The notes under the pieces were generated by a model. It ran no database searches. It was not told where the DNA came from and saw only the letters and a list, made by a program, of their open reading frames with translations. 41,720 nt of DNA from Gemmatimonadota bacterium. GTDB taxonomy: Bacteria > Latescibacterota > UBA2968 > UBA8231. The stretch lies in assembly GCA_038153405.1 (NCBI GenBank), contig JAYOYH010000028.1, positions 1 through 41,720 on the forward strand, given 5' to 3'. This document shows positions 18,579-27,989 of the stretch, in pieces. A program made the position numbers and the translations under genes. The number at the start of each line of letters is the position of its first letter. Positions within the stretch are counted from its first letter, which is position 1.

Positions 18579-19928
18579 ATGACTGACCAAGTGCTGTACC
18601 GGGAGACACATCGCCCGCAGTTTCACTTTTCCGCGCAGAAAAACTGGATTAACGACCCCAATGGATTGGTCTATTACGGGGGCGAGTACCACCTTTTTTT
18701 TCAGCATAACCCCGAGAGCGTCGTTTGGAATAATATGACCTGGGGCCATGCCGTCAGCCCCGACTTGGTGCACTGGACGCAACTTGAAAACGCGCTCTAT
18801 CCCGACGAGCTCGGTACAATTTTTTCCGGCTCTGCCGTTGTCGACTGGCACAATACATCGGGTTTGCAGGAGGGCGACGAGCCACCGCTGATTGCGCTCT
18901 ATACCTCGGCTGGCGCGCATGCACCCGAACCGGTCCCCTTTACGCAGAGCATGGCTTATAGCAACGATCGTGGGCGCACCTGGACCAAGTGCGCAGACAA
19001 CCCAGTGCTCGGGCATATAGAGGGCGCCAATCGCGACCCCAAAATCGTTTGGCACGCCGCGACGGAACAGTGGCTGATGGCGCTCTACCTAGACGGTTCG
19101 CGCTACGCGCTCTATGGCTCGGACAACCTGCGCCGATGGCAGCACCTGTGCGACCTCGACCTGCCCGGCGTTACCGAATGCCCCGACCTATTTGAACTGG
19201 CAGTCGACGGCGATCCGGACAATGCGCGCTGGGTCTATTGGGGGGCCAGCGGCGGTTACTTGCTCGGTCATTTCGACGGAGCGGTCTTCGTAGCGGAAAC
19301 AGAGGTGCTGCACGCCGAGAGCGGGCCCAACGGCTATGCTGGACAAACCTGGAGTGACGTGCCGCAAGCCGACGGACGGCGCATACAGATATCGTGGATG
19401 CGCGGCGGCAAGTATCCGGCGATGCCCTTTAATCAGCAGATGAGCTTCCCCGTCGAATTGACGCTGCGCAGCACGCCAGACGGGATACGCCTGTGTCGCG
19501 AGCCGGTGCGCGAGATTGAACTCTTGCACAGCAGAGTGCACTATGGAGAAGACGTTGCGCTCGATCCGGATTGTCCCGTCGTGCCCCAGGTGGGCGAACT
19601 GCTCGATATGCGCTTTGATCTGGTGCCCGACCAGGCCAGTGCGGTCATTGCGCGTATTCGCGGTATCGAGCTGCGCTATGACGCAGCCGAGGGCGTGCTG
19701 TCGTTTCTCGATGCCAGCGCTCGAGTGGACCTGCGCGATGGCAGGGTGCCGCTGCAGATCTTGGTCGATCGCACGTCGCTCGAATTGTTTGCGCACGGTG
19801 GCCAAGTGTCGATGTCGTGCTGCTTTCTGCCCGAGGCTGCCGAGCACGTGCTATCGTTTCACGCGCGCGGAGGCCGTGCGCACCTGTGCGATCTCAGAGT
19901 GCACGAGCTGCGCTCGGCGTGGAACTAG
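18579..19928 (+). CDS. GH32 beta-fructosidase/levanase-like, no signal peptide
   Basis: WINDPNG, WGHAVS, FSGSAV, RDPK and ECPDLF catalytic motifs. Confidence 0.93.
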   Translation: MTDQVLYRETHRPQFHFSAQKNWINDPNGLVYYGGEYHLFFQHNPESVVWNNMTWGHAVSPDLVHWTQLENALYPDELGTIFSGSAVVDWHNTSGLQEGDEPPLIALYTSAGAHAPEPVPFTQSMAYSNDRGRTWTKCADNPVLGHIEGANRDPKIVWHAATEQWLMALYLDGSRYALYGSDNLRRWQHLCDLDLPGVTECPDLFELAVDGDPDNARWVYWGASGGYLLGHFDGAVFVAETEVLHAESGPNGYAGQTWSDVPQADGRRIQISWMRGGKYPAMPFNQQMSFPVELTLRSTPDGIRLCREPVREIELLHSRVHYGEDVALDPDCPVVPQVGELLDMRFDLVPDQASAVIARIRGIELRYDAAEGVLSFLDASARVDLRDGRVPLQILVDRTSLELFAHGGQVSMSCCFLPEAAEHVLSFHARGGRAHLCDLRVHELRSAWN

Positions 19929-19947
19929 GCAGGAATAAGAGCAATTT

Positions 19948-19976
19948 TTGACAGCAGGTGGTGCATGCTGTATCAT
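19948..19976 (+). promoter_or_regulatory. Sigma70-type promoter of the molybdoenzyme operon
   Basis: TTGACA (19948-19953), 17-nt spacer, TATCAT (19971-19976), about 33 bp before the start codon. Confidence 0.65.
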
Positions 19977-20009
19977 GGACGCACAGTATGCACCGCTTCG
20001 GAGGAGAGT

Positions 20010-20630
20010 ATGATGAAAGAGCAATCGCAGGGCGGCGGAATTTCTAGGCGCAGCTTTCTCAAGGGCGTTGGCGGCGGTCTCGTCGCCACGGGCACTATTG
20101 CCGATGAGTTGCTCGGCCAAGAGGCGTCTGCCCAGGTAGATGGCGCGCACGTATTTAAGGGTAAACAGATCATGGCGCTGTCTGTCAACGGACAGCGCCG
20201 CAGCGTCGAAGTGGAACCGCGCACGACGCTGTTGAGCGCGCTGCGCGGTCCGCTCGATCTGACGGGGGCCAAAGAAGTATGCGACCGCGGTCAGTGCGGC
20301 GCCTGCACTGTGCTAGTAGACGGTGCGCCCATGCTGGCGTGTATGCTGCTGGCCATCGACGTGCGCAACCGAGCAATCACTACTGTCGAAGGCTTGGACG
20401 AAGACGGTGCGCTAAGCGCTGTGCAGGAGGCCTTTGTCGAACTGGATGGGCTGATGTGCGGTTTCTGCACGCCGGGCCTGGTCATGGCCGCCACGGCACT
20501 GCTGGGCAAGAATCCCAACCCGACGTCGCAGGACATTCGCCGCGGCTTGTCGGGTAACCTGTGCCGCTGTGGAACCTATCCCAACGTGTTTGCCGCGGTG
20601 CAAAAAGCGGCCGAGACCATGAGAGGCTGA
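20010..20630 (+). CDS. Xanthine oxidase-family 2x[2Fe-2S] subunit with Tat signal (PaoA/YagT-like)
   Basis: SRRSFLK twin-arginine motif; CDRGQCGAC...C and CGFC...CRC. RBS GAGGAG before ATG 20010. Confidence 0.9.
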   Translation: MMKEQSQGGGISRRSFLKGVGGGLVATGTIADELLGQEASAQVDGAHVFKGKQIMALSVNGQRRSVEVEPRTTLLSALRGPLDLTGAKEVCDRGQCGACTVLVDGAPMLACMLLAIDVRNRAITTVEGLDEDGALSAVQEAFVELDGLMCGFCTPGLVMAATALLGKNPNPTSQDIRRGLSGNLCRCGTYPNVFAAVQKAAETMRG

Positions 20631-20633
20631 GCG

Positions 20634-22727
20634 ATGGCAGCGTGGAAAAAATTGGACGATATGCAGGTGCTCAGCAAAGACCTGCCGCGCGTCGATGCGC
20701 CGGACAAGGTCAGCGGTCGCGCCAAATACACTCACGACGTGCGCTTACCCGGTATGCTGTACGCGGCGCTGCTAACCTCTCCCCATCCGGCGGCAAAGGT
20801 AATTTCGATCGACGCGAGCGCAGTGCAGAAACTGCCCGGTGTCCGGGCGGTGCTGACCGATGCGCACCCCACTGGCACGGTGCGATTTGCTGGTGAATAC
20901 GTAGCGGCGGTAGCGGCCACGTCGCCGGAGATTGCCCGCGACGCGCTCGATCTTTTTGTCGTGCACTACGAAGAGCGTTCCTTTGTGGTGAGTACCGACG
21001 CAGCCCTCCAAGAGGGCGCACCGCGCGTATTTGCCGATCGCGAAAATGAGCAGGAGGCGCGCGTCCGCGAGGAGGGCGATGTCGAAGCAGCCTTTGCCGC
21101 GGCGCATGTGGTAGTCGAAGGTGCGTATCGCACGCAGGTGCAAACGCACTCGCCGCTGGAAACGCACGGCAGCGTAGCGCAGTGGGACGGCGACCGGTTG
21201 ACCGTTTGGGATTCGACGCAGGCGGTGCACGGCGTGCGCGAGGGCATTGCGGGTATGTTGGAAATACCCGCCGATAAAGTGCGGGTAATTTGCGAGCACA
21301 TGGGGGGCGGCTTCGGCGCCAAACTGCAGCCCGGTCTCTATTCGGTGCTGGCGGCTCGCCTGGCCAAACAGGCCGGTGCACCCGTGCAACTCATGCTGTC
21401 GCGCCGCGACGAACACCTGAGCGTCGGCAACCGCCCCGACAGCATTCAGCAGGTTCGAGCAGGCGCTAGTGCTGACGGTAAGCTCATTGCTTTCGACGCC
21501 AAGACCTGGGGAACATCGGGCATTTCCGGCGGGGCTGGCGTGTCGCTGCCCTATGTCTACGCCGTGCCCAACTGGCGCACCGCGCATAGCGACGTGCTGA
21601 CCAACGGCGGCGGCGGCCGCGCTTTTCGCGCTCCCGGACGGCCGCAGGCGGCGTTTTCGATGGAGCAGGTGATGGACGAATTGGCTGAGAAGCTAGGCCT
21701 TGATCCGCTGGAATTTCGCCTGCGCAACGATCCCAACGAAACGCGTCAACAGCAGTGGGCGCTGGGCGCCGAGCGCTTTGGCTGGTCGGCGCGCCAGCCT
21801 GCCAACAGCGATACCGGTCCTATCAAACGCGGTATGGGGTTGGGCGCCAGCATCTGGTTTACCGGCGGACGCGGCACGCAGGTGCAGATGTCCGTGCACG
21901 GCGACGGTGCGGTGGCCGTGCGCTGCGGCACGCAGGATATTGGCACCGGCACGCGCACCTATGTCGCCGCCATTGCCGCCGAAGAGCTGGGCCTGCCCGT
22001 TGAACGCATCACGCCGCTGATCGGCGATTCGGAATATCCCTATTCGGGTGGGTCGGGAGGCAGCACGACGGTGCCTTCGGTGGCGCCGGCAGTTAAAAAT
22101 GCCGCAGAAAAGACGCGCGCTAAACTGGCAGAACGAGCCGTTGGCCTGCTTGGAGGCGGTGTGGACGACGTGGTCTTTGCTGCAGGCCGCGTGCGCTGTA
22201 ACGGGCAAAGCATTGCATTTGAAGAGCTCTGCGCCGCGTTGGGAACGGAAGTGCTGACGGTGCACGGCGAGTGGGTCGAAGGCCTATCGGGCAGCGGCGT
22301 GGCGGGCTGTCAGTTTGTCGAAGTAGAAGTCGATACCTACACTGGCCGCATTGAGGTCTTGCGCGTGCTATCCGTTTCGGACTGTGGCCTCATACTCGAC
22401 CGCCTTACCACCCGGAGTCAAATCAACGGCGCGATTATTCAGGGCGTTAGCTATGCCCTTTTCGAAGAGCGCATGATGGATGCCGTGACGGGGACTATGG
22501 TCAATGCCGAGTTCGAGAACTACAAAATTGCCGGGGCGCTGGAAACGCCGGACATCGATATTGTCCTCTTTGATCAGCCGGAGCGCGGCGTCATCGGCAT
22601 CGGTGAACCGCCTACCATACCCACATCGGCAGCCATCGCCAACGCCGTCTACAATGCCATCGGCGTGCGCATGCGCCAGTTGCCCATGACGCCGGATCGC
22701 GTGTTAAACGCCCTGCAGGAGGTTTGA
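20634..22727 (+). CDS. Xanthine oxidase-family molybdopterin-binding subunit (PaoC/YagR-like)
   Basis: KVSGRAKY, MGGGFGAK, AFRAPG, QDIGTG, GGSTT, QINGAIIQG and GIGEPP (catalytic Glu). Confidence 0.92.
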   Translation: MAAWKKLDDMQVLSKDLPRVDAPDKVSGRAKYTHDVRLPGMLYAALLTSPHPAAKVISIDASAVQKLPGVRAVLTDAHPTGTVRFAGEYVAAVAATSPEIARDALDLFVVHYEERSFVVSTDAALQEGAPRVFADRENEQEARVREEGDVEAAFAAAHVVVEGAYRTQVQTHSPLETHGSVAQWDGDRLTVWDSTQAVHGVREGIAGMLEIPADKVRVICEHMGGGFGAKLQPGLYSVLAARLAKQAGAPVQLMLSRRDEHLSVGNRPDSIQQVRAGASADGKLIAFDAKTWGTSGISGGAGVSLPYVYAVPNWRTAHSDVLTNGGGGRAFRAPGRPQAAFSMEQVMDELAEKLGLDPLEFRLRNDPNETRQQQWALGAERFGWSARQPANSDTGPIKRGMGLGASIWFTGGRGTQVQMSVHGDGAVAVRCGTQDIGTGTRTYVAAIAAEELGLPVERITPLIGDSEYPYSGGSGGSTTVPSVAPAVKNAAEKTRAKLAERAVGLLGGGVDDVVFAAGRVRCNGQSIAFEELCAALGTEVLTVHGEWVEGLSGSGVAGCQFVEVEVDTYTGRIEVLRVLSVSDCGLILDRLTTRSQINGAIIQGVSYALFEERMMDAVTGTMVNAEFENYKIAGALETPDIDIVLFDQPERGVIGIGEPPTIPTSAAIANAVYNAIGVRMRQLPMTPDRVLNALQEV

Positions 22728-22728
22728 G

Positions 22729-23706
22729 ATGATAGATTTCGAATATGTCGATGCGACTCAGCTCAAGACCTTGCCGGCCTTGCTTGACGCGCGCTGGGGG
22801 CAAACGGAAATTCTAGCAGGCGGCACGGATCTGCTCGATCGCCTAAAGGAGCGGCTCGATCGGCCGCGGCGCGTGGTCAATATAAAGGGCATAGAAGAAC
22901 TGCACGGCATCGGGAAGACGCGCAGAGGATTGACCATTGGCGCGCTGACGACGATCGCCGAGTTGGAGCACAGCGAGGCCGTGCACGCTGAGTACGCCGT
23001 GCTGGCGGAAGCCGCGGCGTCAATCGCTACGCCGCAGCTGCGCCAAATGGGCACGCTGGGTGGCAATCTGTGCCAGCGTCCGCGCTGCTGGTACTTTCGC
23101 GGCGGTCAGTATCCGTGTCTTAAGAAGGGCGGTTTTAAGTGCTATGCCGTTGAGGGGCAAAACAAATACAATGCGATTATGGGCGGAGGACCGAGCTATA
23201 TCGTGCATCCTTCGGATGCGGCGCCCGCGCTTATCGCCCTCAGTGCGCGCTTGGAAATATACGGTCCGGACGGTCGGCGCGAAGAGCCGGTAGAGTCGTT
23301 TTTTCAACTGCCCTATCAGAACTTGATGCGCGAAAATAGGTTGCAGCCCAATGAGGTCATCGCGCGAATTCACGTCCCGCGTCCCGCTTCTGGCACGCGT
23401 TCGACCTATGTGAAGTTCCGCGAAAAACAGTCCCTCGATTTTGCCATTAGCAGCGTGGCGGTTGCTCTGCAGTTCGATGGCGATATCGTTGAGCACGCGC
23501 GACTGGTGCTGGGCGGCGTTGCGCCCATACCGTGGCGCGTTGCTGCGGCTGAAGATGCGTTAGTCGGAGGGCGTCTCAGCGAAGATGCCATAGAGCGCGC
23601 GGCCGCGGCGGCCGTTGCCGATGCCGTGCCGCTCGAGCACAATGGATATAAGGTCGCGTTGAGCAAAAATCTGGTGCGGCGAGCGCTTGGCTCGCTAGCC
23701 GCTTGA
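22729..23706 (+). CDS. Xanthine oxidase-family FAD-binding subunit with [4Fe-4S] motif (PaoB/YagS-like)
   Basis: LAGGTDLL, TLGGNLCQRPRCWYFR...CLKKGGFKC, HPSD and LGGVAPIPWR. Confidence 0.92.
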   Translation: MIDFEYVDATQLKTLPALLDARWGQTEILAGGTDLLDRLKERLDRPRRVVNIKGIEELHGIGKTRRGLTIGALTTIAELEHSEAVHAEYAVLAEAAASIATPQLRQMGTLGGNLCQRPRCWYFRGGQYPCLKKGGFKCYAVEGQNKYNAIMGGGPSYIVHPSDAAPALIALSARLEIYGPDGRREEPVESFFQLPYQNLMRENRLQPNEVIARIHVPRPASGTRSTYVKFREKQSLDFAISSVAVALQFDGDIVEHARLVLGGVAPIPWRVAAAEDALVGGRLSEDAIERAAAAAVADAVPLEHNGYKVALSKNLVRRALGSLAA

Positions 23707-23716
23707 GGAGAGCACC

Positions 23717-23926
23717 ATGGCCATCTGCAAAAATTTGCGCACTAAAAAGAGCTACATTCCCGCCTTGCAGGATCAAGATTTTCTCGAACGCGAACACCCT
23801 CACGCCCAGTATTTTTGTTTGAAGACGCTCCACGCCGTTGGGCCCGATGACGATATGGTATGTCCCAGTGCCTGCGGCGCTGAGCGCACGTGTTTTCAGG
23901 CGCTGCTGCAACCGCGTCCCGCCTGA
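23717..23926 (+). CDS. Small Cys-rich hypothetical protein, fourth gene of the molybdoenzyme operon
   Basis: 69 aa with 5 Cys and 3 His. Strong RBS GAGGAG overlaps the upstream TGA stop. Confidence 0.7.
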   Translation: MAICKNLRTKKSYIPALQDQDFLEREHPHAQYFCLKTLHAVGPDDDMVCPSACGAERTCFQALLQPRPA

Positions 23927-23970
23927 TGGAATGCGGTGGTGTTGGTCATCCATCGGCGCGAAGGTAATAT

Positions 23971-25041
23971 ATGCAGTATGGACGCATTGCCTCCACGCTA
24001 GTAGCTCTTCTCCTCTACAGCTGCGGACCACCGCAGGCCGCCGACGTTTTGCTAGACTACAATCAGCGCGTGCGCAACGCGCTAGAATTGGAATCGCCGC
24101 CTCCGCCCCCGCACGACCTGCCGACCTATCCGCGCCGGCGCGACGTGCGCCTCGAGCTGAGCGATCTGCGCATTGGCCTAGTTGATTTGGTATCGCTGGA
24201 GCGCTGCGGTTTGGAAGAGCTGGTCGCCGAGCGCAACAGCAGTTTGGGCAAGGTGATGCAGCCCAGCCAGCAGCTTATCTACGAGCACCGACTGCTCGGT
24301 TTGGCGCGCGACTGTATGGACACGCTGCGCGCCCATCCACAGCGCGATCCCGAGCTGTTGGAAAAACTGCAAGAGGTGGTTGCTGTTAAAGAGAGCGATA
24401 TGCCGCGCACCTATTGGAATGCCACCTTTGCCAGTCCGGAGATGGCCGAGCATCTTTCGCTGGCTGCTCCCCTACTCCCTATCGAAATCGAAGTTGACGT
24501 GCAGCCGCAGTTGGAAGCGCTGTACTATCTGAGGGATTTGCGCGCTGGGCTGGGACGCTCGGCTACGGAGCTCGTTTCGCAGGAGTTGGAGAGCCACTAT
24601 GTGCAGCTGCACAACGGCCGCTACGGCGGTCGGTTGTTGCAGTCGATGGACGCGTTGCGATATCATCTGCAGGATGTCGCCGACGCGTTGTCCAAGCGCC
24701 AGGACCAGCGGCCTCTGTGTCCGCAGGGTCGTCCGACGCCGAGAGCCGAAGTGATGCAAAATATTTTTCAAAAATTCTACTCGGGACAGGTGCAACCCTA
24801 TATGGCCCGCGTGCACCGCGAAGGACGCGCTTGGATCGATGCGATGGATGCGCTTGCTGACCAGCAGGAGGCCATGCCCAGGGCCTTTGTTCCCTACCGC
24901 CAGGCCGTGCTTTCGGCGCATGACCCCGCCGCTCCGTGGCCACAGTTTGTCGCTGCGATCGACCGTCACACGCGCGTGTGGCAGGCCGTCTTTGCTTCCT
25001 GCGGCATGCAGCCGCTTAGCGCTGCTGGAGAAAGTCCCTGA
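23971..25041 (+). CDS. Lipoprotein, DUF3080-like
   Basis: LLYSC lipobox; DYNQRVRNAL, CGLEELVAERNSSLGKV...LIYE, LCPQG and QVQPY, recalled as DUF3080 features. Confidence 0.7.
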   Translation: MQYGRIASTLVALLLYSCGPPQAADVLLDYNQRVRNALELESPPPPPHDLPTYPRRRDVRLELSDLRIGLVDLVSLERCGLEELVAERNSSLGKVMQPSQQLIYEHRLLGLARDCMDTLRAHPQRDPELLEKLQEVVAVKESDMPRTYWNATFASPEMAEHLSLAAPLLPIEIEVDVQPQLEALYYLRDLRAGLGRSATELVSQELESHYVQLHNGRYGGRLLQSMDALRYHLQDVADALSKRQDQRPLCPQGRPTPRAEVMQNIFQKFYSGQVQPYMARVHREGRAWIDAMDALADQQEAMPRAFVPYRQAVLSAHDPAAPWPQFVAAIDRHTRVWQAVFASCGMQPLSAAGESP

Positions 25042-25609
25042 TCGCTTCGGCCTGCGGGTGGTTGGGCTGTAGTTGGACTAGTTTGGAAAAATGCTCCTGC
25101 GCGCGGCCATCATCTCCCAACTGATTTAGGTAGAGCATCCCCAAGTTGAAATAAGCCGTGCCGTAGTTGGGATCGCAGGCTATAGCGTGCTCCCAGCTTT
25201 GTTTGGCTTGGCCATAATGGCCCAGTGGGGCGACCCAGACGAAAGTTGCCGCGCCCATGAAAGCCGATGCAGAGCGGCCAATGCGCAGTATCTCATCCGT
25301 TTCCCAGAAGTAGTAGTGTGCGACAGCTTGGCCGAATTCCCAACCGGCCAAGGTCGATTGCACGGCTAGGAATAGGGCATAGCAGAGCGCCAAAACGTAG
25401 TAGTGAAAGTGCGGGTAGTAGTGAAAGTGCGAATTTAAATCGCCATCGAAAAAGAGCAATGGCCAGTAGGCGAAATTGAATTTATCGGGATGCCATATAG
25501 GAGGAGTAAACAGCGCGGTCGCCCAGCGCAGCGCCAGGGCGATGATTAGCGCTGCGCCTATCCCCCACTGCAGGCCCATCTTGCCTTCCGGCGGTCTCAT
25601 CCACCTCAT
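25016..25609 (-). pseudogene. Probable internally deleted GT-C (ArnT/PMT-like) glycosyltransferase with TPR tail
   Basis: N-terminal TM plus WHPDK...DLNSHFHYYPHF...GRSASAFMGAAT joined directly to TPR repeats (AIACDPNYGTAYFNLGMLY...LQPNHPQA). Only 197 aa. Confidence 0.6.
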
Positions 25610-25825
25610 CCGTTCTACTCAAACTGCCCGTATAGACCACCGCAGAGCCCTGCGGCCCTAAGGAAATGGCACGTCAGTCCAATTCGAATAAATGCACGAT
25701 AGTTAGATGCATCATAACCTGCGCCCTTAGGTGACCTGATCGCATTAGCATCTCGCTGTAAGAGGACGCTTGCATCTCTAAACGATCTAATACTTTTTCT
25801 GTGGGAATGCGCGACTATTGAGGGC

Positions 25826-25854
25826 TTGGCGCGGTCTAGTCCATCTGATATATT
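25826..25854 (+). promoter_or_regulatory. Candidate sigma70 promoter with extended -10
   Basis: TTGGCG, 17-nt spacer, TATATT with TGn extension, 38 bp before ATG 25893. Confidence 0.4.
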
Positions 25855-25892
25855 CCCCCGCTACACACTGCGCTTAACAAAGGATCGCCACT

Positions 25893-26861
25893 ATGTCGTT
25901 TAAATTCGTCTTTCTCAGCTCGGAAAACGAGCAAACGCGGGCTTATGCAGCGGCTATGTGCGATGTCGTGCCCAAATTAGAGGTTGTCTTTGCTGCCGAT
26001 CGCAGCGCGCAACGGGCGGCTCTGCCCGGCGCGCGCGCGTGCTTTGGCACCCTCGACCCGGAACTGCTTGCCGCTGCCGACCAACTCGCGTGGCTAGCTG
26101 CACCGGCGGCCGGTCCGCCCAAGGGCTATTACTTTGACGAACTCATCGCCAGCGATGTGCAGGTGACGAATTTTCGCGGCATTTTTAACGACCATATATC
26201 CGCGCATATCATGGCCTTTGTGCTGTGCTTTGCGCGCGGGATGCACGCCTACTTTCGCGACCAGTACGACGGCCAGTGGCGCAAAGGGGGTGAGATGCGC
26301 CCCGCTACGCACTTGGCCGAATCGACCGCGCTCATCGTTGGGGTAGGTGGCATTGGCGGTGCAACGGCCGTGCACTGCCATCACTTTGGCATGCGCGTTA
26401 TCGGCATCGATCCGCGCGTTGCAGAAGCGCCGGAGGGCGTCGACCAACTGCGGCGGCCGGACGAGTTAGACGCGCTGCTACCGCAGGCCGATTTCGTCAT
26501 ACTCACCGCGCCGCAGACGCCCTCCACCGAGGGCCTTTTTACAGCTGCTAAATTTGCTCTTATGAAGGAGACGGCTTTTTTCATCAATATTGGCCGTGGC
26601 TCCAACGTCGCCCTAGCCGAACTCGATGCCGCTCTGCGCCAGGGCGCGATTGCCGGTGCCGCGCTCGACGTCTTCGAGACCGAGCCCCTGCCGGCTGGCC
26701 ACCCGCTGTGGACGGCCCCCAACTTTCTCATGACGCCGCATACGGCCGCTGCAGGACCCTATCTGAACCAGCGCCGGTTGGATTTGATGGTGGACAACTG
26801 CCGGCGCTTTGACCGAGGTGAGCCACTGGTCAACGTCGTCGACAAGGCAAATTGGTTTTGA
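25893..26861 (+). CDS. D-2-hydroxyacid dehydrogenase family protein
   Basis: GVGGIG, FINIGRG, AALDVFETEPL and TPHTA. Confidence 0.92.
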   Translation: MSFKFVFLSSENEQTRAYAAAMCDVVPKLEVVFAADRSAQRAALPGARACFGTLDPELLAAADQLAWLAAPAAGPPKGYYFDELIASDVQVTNFRGIFNDHISAHIMAFVLCFARGMHAYFRDQYDGQWRKGGEMRPATHLAESTALIVGVGGIGGATAVHCHHFGMRVIGIDPRVAEAPEGVDQLRRPDELDALLPQADFVILTAPQTPSTEGLFTAAKFALMKETAFFINIGRGSNVALAELDAALRQGAIAGAALDVFETEPLPAGHPLWTAPNFLMTPHTAAAGPYLNQRRLDLMVDNCRRFDRGEPLVNVVDKANWF

Positions 26862-26942
26862 AGTTGGGCGGGAATTAGTATGGGGCGGCGCGGCGGTCTA
26901 TAGAAGGCTGCCGCGCCGTTTCTTTAGGCGCGCAGACGGGGC

Positions 26943-27989
26943 TCAGCGGAGCCACTCGTCGCGATGTGCTTCGACAAAGGCGTCGTCGTTTAGATGGGGA
27001 TAAGCCGCGTAGATGCGGTCGATCTCGGCCGCCTGCCCCGGCGATAGGACTTCGCCTTCTTCCAGACACCAGATACCTGCCAATAAACCCTGTCGGCGCA
27101 GTATTTCGTGTATGCCGGCGATGCAGCCGGCAAAGCCGTTGGCCGCGTCAAAGAACGCGGCATTGCTGTCGGTTACCTCGATGGCCTGCGTGAGCATGTC
27201 TTGGCTTAGCGCTGCGCCGCTGGAGCGGGCGGCCTTACAGCGACCGAGTAGTTCAACCGCCTTGTGCGTCCAGACCGCCCAGTGTCCGAGCAGACCACCG
27301 GCGAAGTGCAGTTCGACGCCGTCAAAGACGTGCCGCGTCAGCAGGTCGAGAACGATATTGTCGTCGTTGCCCGTGTAGAGGGCGATGTCGGCAGCGCGCC
27401 CCGAAGCGGCTAGCGCACGCAGCACATCGATGGTCTGGTAGCGATTAAATGGTGCAATTTTGATGGCTACGACGTTATCCAATGCGCAGAATCGACGCCA
27501 GAAGGCGTAGCTGAGCAGGCGTCCGCCGACCGAGGGCTGGAGGTAAAAGCCAACGATGGGTGCCACGTCGGCCACGGCACGGCAGTGCGCTATCAGGGCG
27601 TCGTCATCGGCTTCGCGCAGCGCGGCTAGGCTGAGTAATACGGCGTGATAGCCCAGATCCATGGCCAACTCGGCCTCGGCGACGGCCTGTGCGGTTGGCC
27701 CGACGGCACCGGCAATGCGAACGCAGTCGGCACGGCCTTCTGCCGCCATTACGTCTACTGCCAGCTCGAGGACGGGGCGAAAGAGGCCAACGCGCTCGTC
27801 GCGAATGGCGAATTGGGTGGTGTGCACGCCCACCGCCAGACCGCCCGCGCCTGCCGCCAAGTAGTAGCGCGAAAGGGCGCGCTGGCGCCGCTCGTCGAGC
27901 ATGCGCCCGGAAGTGAGGGCCAGCGGGTGGGCGGGGATGACCTGTCCGGCGCGCAGGGCACGCCCGATGTTGTCCGGTAAACGGCTCAT
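26943..27989 (-). CDS. Dihydrodipicolinate synthase-like class I aldolase/lyase
   Basis: VIPAHPLAL, GVHTTQF, GFYLQ, AIKIAPFNRY (Schiff-base Lys) and LYTGNDD. True start ATG 27989 overlaps the upstream stop (ATGA). Confidence 0.85.
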   Translation of the reverse strand: MSRLPDNIGRALRAGQVIPAHPLALTSGRMLDERRQRALSRYYLAAGAGGLAVGVHTTQFAIRDERVGLFRPVLELAVDVMAAEGRADCVRIAGAVGPTAQAVAEAELAMDLGYHAVLLSLAALREADDDALIAHCRAVADVAPIVGFYLQPSVGGRLLSYAFWRRFCALDNVVAIKIAPFNRYQTIDVLRALAASGRAADIALYTGNDDNIVLDLLTRHVFDGVELHFAGGLLGHWAVWTHKAVELLGRCKAARSSGAALSQDMLTQAIEVTDSNAAFFDAANGFAGCIAGIHEILRRQGLLAGIWCLEEGEVLSPGQAAEIDRIYAAYPHLNDDAFVEAHRDEWLR

